A stretch of DNA of 57,520 nt, filler included, from Circinaria calcarea (lineage: Eukaryota): assembly GCA_051942165.1 (NCBI GenBank). It is 5 parts of 5 records of this genome, joined end to end, with 100 filler letters (N's around TTAATTAATTAA, not from the genome) between each part and the next. Parts side by side here need not be neighbours in the genome. Positions count along the whole stretch, not along the records: positions 46,127 to 57,520 come from JAVECS010000687.1; 4 more parts are not named here. One strand, 5' to 3'. The stretch's first letter is position 1, and every line of letters starts with the position of its first letter. Positions 48,171 to 57,520 of this stretch are shown in pieces. The notes under the pieces were generated by a model. It was not told the DNA's origin and ran no database searches. It was given only the letters and a program-made list of their open reading frames with translations. The position numbers were made by a program, and so were the translations under genes.

Positions 48171-50952
48171 TCAATCCTTTCCACCGGTTAAGTCAGGCGT
48201 ATTTCCGGTGTTTTGACTTGTGCTCCCATGAGTGGCAGACGCAGGCCATGACAGAATTCGTGGCTGAACTGGACTGGGCGAGAGTATACTCTCGCTGACA
48301 GAGCTTTGTCGGCTGTGTTGGCTTGAACGTGAGGATCTTATTTCGATAGGAGAAACCGTGAGCTGACCCTCGAGAGTAGCATCTTGTAGTATAGCGGAGC
48401 TCAGAGGTACGCCAGAAGAGGGAAGATATGTAGCTGGCAGCATTTGCGAATCCTCATAAGGAGACCCCGGGTCGGATGGCTCAGGGTTTCCACGGACAGG
48501 CGTTTGCAGGGACAAGCGAGGAAGCGGGATGCTTTTGGTGTCGATACTTATCTTTGTCGAACTATCTTTGGCACGGTTCAAGTCGACTTTCTTTTGCTCA
48601 ACGATTCTATTCAAAGTGTCCCACAGATCAAGAGCAATTATCCTTGTGCTTCTATTGATATCAAGCATTCTCTCGATTAATTCAACCACTTCCTTAAATG
48701 GCTCTGCCACGCCGTGTAAAACTTCGTTCCGTAGATTCTTGATTTGGCGTTCCACAGCGTCACGACGGATTGGCTTGTCATCTTTCTTTATTTGCCAGAA
48801 GGTATCGTCCTTGCCCTCATCAATTTGAGAGTCTGGAAATCGTCTGGCTACCCTTTCGTTTGCGAAGCTCTTCACGGCTTCATCGTCAAATACAGCCCAT
48901 ATCAAAAGCTCAAGGAACACACATCCGAGCGACCAAACATCGTACGGCCGCGACGTCGCCCCTTCCAACTTGGCTTCGGGGGGCTCATATGTTAATGTTC
49001 CATTCGGCGATCGAGTATTGACGCTGCCCGATCTATAATTTTGTATTTTGCCGGAGCCAAAATCGGTCACCCGAAAGGTTCCGTGCTTTGCACCAATATC
49101 CTGAAAGTACAGTATATTTTCGGGCTTGATATCATGATGCCAGCCTGACTTTCGTACCGGATCTGGCGCGACTAGAGTTGAAGATGGGGTTGGGCTTCGC
49201 GTGTCATCAAAGTTGTGAAGATTCCGGAGAGCTTGTGCTAGTCCACGGAGTTGCTCCAGGAACCACAAGAGGCATTCCTTGTTTGTTACATCAAACCTCG
49301 TTTGCTCCATGTATTGGCGAAGATTACACTGAGCACATGGAAACAGCATGTAGTCCTTCTTCTCATGGGTCCAAGACGCAAGATGAGTGACGATATGGTT
49401 GTGCGGGTATTTTTGAAGCTCGTTCAAGACTCTCATTTCCTGTTTGAAGTCTGTGCCATCTCGTACATCCTTGAATTCCTTCAGGGCGAAGACCGAGTCC
49501 CGGTCCTAGAGGATCGTCAGTAATGTTGGGCTAAGTCGAACACTATCATGTGTTACCTGAGAAAGCATGTGATGGTCAGGGTCTATCTTGACACAATACA
49601 CCTTGCTGTATGATCCAGAGCCACAGAAAGCTTCTTCCTTTTCGGGGTTGTCCTTATTAGTCGATTCCGAAGATGAGCGACTTATTTGCCTCTTCCCAGT
49701 TTTATTATCTGTACCACCTTTCATAATTTGCTCCCTTGGTTGGTAATGTATTGGTAATACAACACAGGGGTCAAGGATTTGATGTTCGCCGACCTTGTTG
49801 AACTCCGGCGAAATGAAGCTGCCTTGCCTATCGAGAAGATTTCGGAAATCAATGTCGCAGTCTCCGTGGCAGTGGTCCTGCTCCTCTTTGAGAGGCAGTC
49901 GCTCATCGCTCAAGCCATCATCTAAGAGCTTTTGGAGACATCTCATCTTGAGTTGTACCAGTACACATATTGCAAAGAGTTTTCTGGCCCGTTCATACAC
50001 TTTCCTAATGAATCCTTCCTTCTCATCATGACTGATTCTTAATGAATTATCCTCTTGAATGATCTGACGAATATCATCCATCGAAGTGACTCTCATGAGA
50101 TCGATGCGAGAGATGTAGAACCTGCGGCTCGAAGAACTCAATGAATTTTTCATCAGGCTGTGAATCTCACGACGCTTCGTGAGTGAGAAGGGATCTTTGT
50201 CAAGTCCACGAGTTTGTAGAGTAAAGTACTCCCTGAAAATTTCAAGACGGAGATTTTGGTGACGATAAAATATCCAGTAATCCATCAAAGTATGGCAGAC
50301 ATCCCTCCAATCCTTCTGTGACGTCAGTGTATGAGTATTTTCGAAATCTCCATCGCCGACAATTCTACAGCTGCCATAGCGAAGGTTTAACTCCCTAAAT
50401 TCGAGATACTTGGCGTCGCTATTTTTAATTTGCTGCTCGGCGAGCACCTCTATCCGGTGATAGCTGCTCACATCATTCGATGGGACTGTCCCTGAGACTG
50501 AAGTATGAAGCGCTCTTTCCTTGAAAGTAATGTGTAAGCTGTATGAGATTGTCGGAGGATGGATAAACTCTTCCACAGGTGAGTTGGGACTATTAGATCC
50601 GTCACGAAGTTGACTTTGTAGACCATTCACGTTTGAATTTGCTTCGGCGGTAATGGAGGGCTCATGTGTTGACCCGGACTCAGAAGGAAAAAGTCGAGCT
50701 TTTGATGGGGGAACAGATGCTTCCTGACCGTTGGACTCGAAGACGACAATATTCGGAACCATGTTGCTTGAGTTGTTTATATCACTACTATCTGGAGAGC
50801 GTTGGTGCACCATCTTTTGGGATGGCCGCTCTTGAGTGACCTTTGGTGTAGCTGACGATTCATCAACCGTACTGACCTGCTCTTAAAACAATAACCGTGT
50901 CAGCTCTGAGATTGTGGGCTAGGCTTCAGAGCATACTTCGGTTGGTTTCCAT
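48171..50952 (-). CDS. Ser/Thr protein kinase with a long N-terminal extension; non-RD catalytic loop
   Basis: Probable micro-exon METNR at 50952 (alternative ATG at 50813) and intron 49556-49506. Motifs GSGSYSKV, FALKEF, HHDIKPENIL, TDFG, GTLTYEPPE and YDVWSLGCVFLE. Confidence 0.9.
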
Positions 50953-51627
50953 TGGGCAATATCACGCTGTAATGAACCCGCAAATTATGGATATGTTGTT
51001 AACCAGATGTTTAAAGCTCAAGTGCAAAACATATTTTTATTCGTAAACAGATATACAATGCATGCGCAGTACTCCAGTTCTACGCAGAGAACAATAGGAA
51101 TAGTAGGGACATGGCGAATTTGAAGGGAGGGACCATGTGGGAATAAGGAAGTGACTGATTAGCTGACCATGAGGCTCCAACGTAAGGCAATAATTCGCCT
51201 GACAATGAGCCTCATACAGGGCGGTGCCTTACGCCCGAATGCAGGAGAAACTTAGTGTTATCACGAGGCCTGCAGGACCGTTAATTCCCTTCAGGGTAGC
51301 CAACCATACAAAATTGGAGTAATATAGGAATTTAGCGGTTACAAAAGGTGATTGGCTTTGAGATAAGATGATGAGCGGAGTGATAAGCACCTTTGCCGCG
51401 GGGGCTGTGACCGAAAAACGGTGGGCAGCTGCGGTCGGGCACCGATACAGGATGATTCTTGTCCACCAGACGTCTCACCGGTCCGAATTGGTTCGCCGGA
51501 CAGGGCTCGTCCATGTCTCGGCAAAGGGCGTAGTCGCACTTCAACAGCTTAATTGATTGAATCTCGTCTTGACAAATTTCTGAGAATTGGAATTAAGCGG
51601 ACCTTTTGGCAACCTTCAGGGTTGCAT

Positions 51628-53705
51628 TCACCCAAATTCAGGCATCGGTGATGTAGGCATCTCGATATGTATATCAGGGTGTCGTGATCTAGGTGCTGCA
51701 TGTCCGAATTCTTCTGGCATTTCCAATGGAAGTTCCCGCTGGTTGCGACGAGCCTTGCGTGAACTGTACAATGCTTCCCAAACATATTTTCTCCACCTAC
51801 CCGGGTTAATTTGATGCGCCTGTATCTTGACCCAAAGCCACCAAGAAAACAGTGTGACCGCTGTTAACGGAAGAGATATAGCAGCATACAACCATGCATT
51901 AGCCAATACAACCAATTTTTCTGGTTGTCCGTCTGTCTGCATCTGCTGGCTTACAAACTGTGTGGAGAAAAAATTCTGTCAATGGATATGTCAGTAACAA
52001 CCTGCTCGCTCAACATTGTCATTGATGACTAACAGATACTACCGTCGCAGGCAGGTATATCAACGTAATGATCGTAAGGACCTTGACAGCGGCAGCGTCT
52101 CTCGTGGCTTTCTCCGTAAATCCTCGCGTTGCAATATTCTCTTGCCGTGCTTCCTCTGCAAGTCGCTGAAGAGAGTGGCCAGTTCCGAGGCTCAACAGGT
52201 CGGACAACTTAGGGTGCCCAATCAGTGAATTCTCTAAAGTGAAAGCACAAGGTTTCTTACTAGACTAATGGTTCCTTGAATCTTCATGTGTAGCGCTTCT
52301 ACCTTCTTCTTGCTTAGTTGAGCCTCCTGTTGCTTCTCCCGGAGAGCAATCTGAATCGGGTCAAATTCAGCGGCAGTAGGATTTTCCAAAGGAGTGTCGA
52401 TGTTATGGGAGAATTGATTGTATTTTTCAATCATGACGGCAATTACATCCAAAATTGAGTCCAGCACGACGAGAATATCAATAATCTGGTCTTGGATATC
52501 CTTGAGCTCCTGGCGTTCTTCGTTGTCTAGCGATAGCGGTGGGCCCTTTGCGCTCATGGAAGCCATAAGAACTCGAGCAGACTGTGGGTTGGTAAACTGA
52601 ACTTTCCTTTGTAAGTTTAAGGGCAGCATGCATACTTGTGCTGTAACCTTTTCAGTAAGGTCAACAATACGTGGCCTCCAATTTGCCAAGGCAGTGTCAA
52701 AAATAATGAGGTGGATCTCAAAGGGATTGAGCCCAGCTAGGCTATCAAAAGTCTTGATATACTTCTCGAGACGTGCCTCTGCGCTTCCGGATGCTGCAAT
52801 CAAAACCCAAGTAGAGCACTGCTGATTTACTTCGTATTTGTGATAGACAGCAGTCTGCCGTATAGACCACGGTTTACCTTCTTTCCTATGATTAAGCTCT
52901 ACATACCTCAATGCGTAGGCACATTCTGGACCAGTTAGTTGCGATTCCGCGCGACCTTAGAGTATTAGTGTAGATTTACCGAAGTCGGCACTGGTTAGAT
53001 GTTCACTGTTGCAAGCATTGCCGGCAAGCCATCTGAACCGCATTTGGGGAGGCATGATCTCGTTTTCACTATGTTTCGCTCCAAACAGCAGAACAAACTC
53101 CCTAAAACGGGGAAATATCGAGAATTGAAACATTAGCGTATCAAAAAGCTCCCTTGTTATCTGGAGGCGGGCGTAAGAATGCCGCTGCCGTATAAAACTG
53201 AAAACCCGAGTTACTGACACGGATGGAAAACAATAAGCGAAGGATTGAAACCTACCACATGCGGAACTGGCGTTTGGAACTCTGGATGTGAGCGAGGTCA
53301 GCACTAAGAAGGCGTGCTGCAAGGACATATGCGCCTCACCTCAGCTATTAGCCTCAGCAGTCTCGGATCCCAAATCCTTCGAAACTGTAATCCGGGCGGC
53401 CCCACACATGGCGGTGAATGCGGCGGCGAGTAGCCATTCCGGTCGGCGGCCAGTGTCGACGCTCTGCTGAGAGAAGAACAGATTGATTCCACCTCTGCTC
53501 CCGGGGCCGACCCCCATTGCGCATCGCTTTGGAAACTCACATGTTGCAGATCATCTGATGCTGCTGGCGGCTGAACATGTATTCCGATCAAGAGATTCTC
53601 ACTGTTGACCTCGAATAGCGTGCCCGACTTCTCATCATATAACTGGCTACTGGCCGAACTCGGATCGTAGAACAGCGTTTGCTCAAAGTACATGGAAGTC
53701 TTCAT
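51628..53705 (-). CDS. Fungal CorA-like 2-TM protein (GMN motif replaced by STQ)
   Basis: Multi-exon open frame: FIRQRHSYARLQIT, ECAYALRYVELN..PWSIRQTAVYH, NPFEIHL..ANWR, a coiled coil, DAAAVKVLTIITLIYLPATVVSNFFSTQFV and NAWLYAAISLPLTAVT. Confidence 0.82.
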
Positions 53706-54181
53706 AGCTGAGACATGGGATAGCGCGGGACAGGGGACTGGGGGAATCAGTTCTGGCCGGCACTCTTAAACAATATCCAGAGAGCCCTTGGGCGGCCCGG
53801 ATGCGGAACACTCGTATGCTGTGATTATTCAAGCTTACCTTAGTAGATGAATTCGTTGGGGAAGGTGAGATAATCCCACGCTCCCCATCCACCACAGGCA
53901 GGCCGCCTATCGCCACACCCGCCTTTTAGCCTCGGGTTTCTCTGCATCTCGAATACTCTGCCAGCGTGATCGGCATTCCTTCCCTGGCGCTACCTTGACG
54001 CCGCTAACCGAGAGACAGTGCCCGATTAACATACGAACGATATAGGACCACCACTGCCCTCGCCTCATTCTCGCCTACCCAACCGGAATTTCACCCTCTG
54101 AAAGCGTCATCCTGTCGTGTCCGGCTGTACCAATCCTACTTACCGCCCGCCTTATCCGTGAGTGAGTGCACCTCGATTGGA

Positions 54182-54488
54182 ATGGCGGTGCAGCAGATTA
54201 TTGAGGATCGTTACATTGATCGAGAACGCTTGCGACTTTTCCTCCTCCGGAAGTTTGGCCCGGGCACCTTTTCGGCCGTGGTGGGTAAATTTGTTCCTTC
54301 GTCGTCTTCTTTCACGCACATCGGGCGAGGGTGTAAGCGCTTGATCCTGCTGTTCAGGTTGCAGAGCAGAGGCAATCCCTGGTACGGTATCTGACCGAGT
54401 CCCTCCACTCGGGGACTTTGGCAGGGTTCGGATTAATCCCGCAACGGAAAGCGTGGAAAAGGCAAATTGGCTGGTGACTGTCATCTAA
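54182..54488 (+). CDS. Small hypothetical protein divergent from the CorA-like gene (3' exon unresolved)
   Basis: Exon MAVQQIIEDRYIDRERLRLFLLRKFGPGTFSAV followed by a GTGGGT donor at 54281. Candidate downstream NWLVTV segment at ~54465. Confidence 0.5.
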
Positions 54489-55095
54489 TACCCACCTGAC
54501 CTTTACACGCTGGTGTAATGAAGAAGTGGCCGTTTCTCTTGTCAGGGGCTGTTTTGCATACCGACCCGATACTTTGCTACATTTAGAACAGCCGAGACAA
54601 GACGTTAGGCGCCTCGGGCCCTTCGCATACATAACTAACATACATACCTCTTACCCAGTGGAAACTTAACAGATGGATCATTAACGCTCCCCAAGCCCTG
54701 AGCGAGGTAACCGCCATCTCCTCAGTCTCACTCCTGTGTTATCCTTCGCGTCTCCATTTGGCCTAACGGTCCCACTTAGGCCGACCTCGAGAGCCTCACC
54801 ATCTAAATCACCAAAAGTACCCTCGATCTGACCGCGAAGTCTTACTAGGCAGAGATCGAAAGGGTGGAGATGCCGATGCGGACCCAAGCGATGATGTGAT
54901 GATACTGTTGCTTGGGGCCTTGGGGTGCCTTCAACGTGCGTATGTTTTGGACTTCGTGGGGGATAAGCAAATGTTACAGCCTGAGGGTTAGCAACGGAGA
55001 TCATTGGGCATTCATAGCTTGACTGATTGGTTGAATGCTAATCGGATCCTGAGTACATGGAGTGTTCTATTTTCCTATAAATCTATAGTCCGCGC

Positions 55096-57520
55096 TCAAT
55101 ACTCATCCGAATCATCGTCGTCATCGTCTGGAATCAGGGCTCTGTACCTCCTCGCTGCCAAGTCATCTTCCACACCCCCTTCGGACTCGGGATCTACGTA
55201 TCCTATACGTCAAATTAGTCTTATTCCTCTGCAACCATTTTAGGAAACTGTCGACTCACCCTCCCCCCCAAGTAGACTCAATGCTACTGGTAAGAATATC
55301 AAAGCATGTGTGGCCGCAAACGCCACCAATGCCAGCCAGACCCTAAAGTAGTACACCTCGAAAATCTTACTCCGCGTAAATGCCAAGACGCACACGCCGA
55401 GTAACTTCGTAATCGTGATGCCGCTAAACACGCTGCCGCCCACGTTCACCAATGCTGCCCAAGCCCTCGCATCTCTTCCCCGGAACTGATGCTTTGCCTT
55501 TTCCAACACACTCCGGCTAGGGAACATGAAAGCCCGGGCGATGTGCGCGCAAAACTCAACGCTAATACCCACGCAAATTACCAGATTAACCAAGGAAACA
55601 GCATTCAGAGAGACGCCCACAAGAGCCATCGTGCCAATGATATCCGTGACAGTCATGACCACGGTAATCATCACAACAGCGCCCGTGGCCAATGAGCCAA
55701 GCAGCAGAGATGTGATGAAGAGGATAAGCACCAGCGCCGCGCCGAGGAGATTGCCGGTGAGATTCACAATATTGGCGTATTGGTCGAAGAAGATATAAAA
55801 TTTCGAGTAAGGGAAAACAGATATCTGCTGCTCTCTGCTGATGTCATTGGCTATTCTTCGAGCCGAGGCGTAGGCTGATATGAAATCTTCCTGGCTGCGG
55901 AGTGGAGTGTGGCTTGTGCGGAAGTGACTGGCCGGGATTGTGGTGCGGTTAGTGTCGACTACAACTGCATTGCTGTAGGGAGCTTTGCCGCCAAGCAGAC
56001 AGTTTTCGTCTGTTGGGGTATCTAACCACTTCTTCACGTAGTGGATGAATTCTTCACCTTCGGGCATGCCGTATAGTGAGACACTCCAAGGGGGATCTCT
56101 ACCTTCAAAGCAGGTCTTGCCATTCGAAATACAGCAGGCATCATTGGTGGGATTCAGATAGTAGAAGAAATCATCGATCCAACTGGCCGTCGAGCCCGAG
56201 ATATAGGACACGTCTGATCGTTTAGATTCTTGCTCCAATACATTTGCCATGGAAAATGTATTGCAAGTCGTGAACCGCCCGCAAAGTTCCTGTTGATGCT
56301 TTCTCGCGGTAACGTTTACGTCTCTGGTGACAAAGTAAACAGGCGGGCCGGTATCAAAGTAGTCGTAGAGGTCATCAAAGTAAGGAATGAGGTACGAGTC
56401 GGCAGGTATGGCAATCCTTTGGTCGAGACCCAGGGCCACCTCGGGGGTGAGCGAAAGTCCAGCGGCGAAGAGTCCTATGAACCCTACCAGGATGGCTACC
56501 TTCATCTTACGCCCAAGTAACGCTGGGGCGTACGTCTTGCGGATGAATCGTTGAATGAGACCTTCATCTTCGACTCCGTAGGCTGAACCCCCATGGGCAT
56601 TTGCCCCATTCGCCCTCTTCACTTTAATGAAGGGAAAGCAATCTGCTCGGTTACTCTCCACCCGCTTCTGATTCAGAGCCAAGACCGATACAAACATTGT
56701 GACTTGTAGTAAAGCGTTGATGAGAACCGCCCCGGCAGCATATATGGCAAAATTTCTAACGGCAGGCATTCCGACAAATATACCCAAGGCGAATGCAACA
56801 GTCTCAGTAGATGCCGAAAGTAATATACTCGGTCCCATTCGGCCCAGTGCTTTCGCAATCCTAGTGTCGATCTCCTCGTCTGGATGGACTATATTGACCC
56901 GCTCGAATTCATGGACAATTAGGAAGATGTTATCAACACCTACGGCCAACACAAGGAAAGGAATGACTTCAGCAATGATTAGAGTGACTTTGACGCCTGC
57001 AGCCGAGAAGAGTCCTACAGATGCCGAAACAGACATCAGCACAATGACTATACCGCTGACCCCTAGAGAGAATTTGGACTGAACCAATGCACTGGCTGGA
57101 TTGTTGAGCAGTGATCTCACAGATAGTGTTGCGGATCCAAGCGCAATCGAAACATAGAGGAACATGACGATATAGCTAATCACCACTATCTTTGCATCTG
57201 TGTTTGTGGATTTGTTAAGTTCTTCTTCCAGGCTGATCTCGGTGGAGTATGATAGCCTTAGGCCTTTCTCTTTCGCTTTTTGTTGGACCGACCTGAGAAA
57301 GTGCTGGAAGGTCGCTTCCCACATCATCGCCCTTGTCTCTCCTTCGGAACCTTGAGGATAATTGTTGACTACCCATGTCACAACCAGAGCTTGGGAGTCG
57401 AGTACATTGCCGCTATCTTCCCAGCCACCAAGAATGATACGCTTGTCCACAGGCTGCTGGAAATCGGGAAGACATTCAACCTTCCCAGGCGACTCTGAGC
57501 AGTACAGAAGCTTTTCCTGC
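55096..57520 (-). CDS. NCR1: Niemann-Pick C1-like sterol transporter (5'-truncated)
   Basis: Sterol-sensing domain IIAEVIPFLVLAVGVDNIFLIV, GPSILLS, MPAVRNFAIYA, LNAVSLVNLVICVGISVEFCAHI and GGSVFSGITITK. Last intron 55259-55203, stop at 55096. Confidence 0.96.

Noticed and set aside
54681..55004. 107-aa minus-strand ORF downstream of NCR1
   Set aside because: It lies in the probable 3' UTR, and no family motif was recognised.

Overview
Eukaryotic (filamentous ascomycete) DNA with short GT-AG introns and CTRAC/CTAAC branch sites. Two lineage-restricted protein families suggest a lichen-forming Lecanoromycete, which is an inference. The window is not contiguous genome: it is five unlinked contigs (11450, 11443, 11428, 11405 and 11394 bp, in decreasing size) joined by artificial 100-bp N44-TTAATTAATTAA-N44 linkers. 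Contig 1 has a RAI1/DXO-like protein, a 2xWSC copper radical oxidase (AA5_1) and a terminal inverted repeat. Contig 2 has a putative secreted protein, ADE6, an aldo-keto reductase and a laccase-like multicopper oxidase. Contig 3 is housekeeping: RPL2, a WHIM1-domain protein, DUF1770, LTV1, ADO1 and an Est1/Ebs1/SMG7-like gene. Contig 4 is a decaying diterpene cluster: an intact O-methyltransferase, a CPS/KS pseudogene with RIP-like lesions, a P450 pseudogene, a PTH11-like membrane protein and a Cys-rich orphan. Contig 5 has a MITE-like element, NPC1/NCR1, and a compact module of a non-RD kinase, a CorA-like protein lacking the GMN motif and a tiny divergent gene. That module is the best candidate for an undescribed system. 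No tRNA, rRNA or CRISPR was recognised. Exon boundaries were read by eye and no database searches were run.
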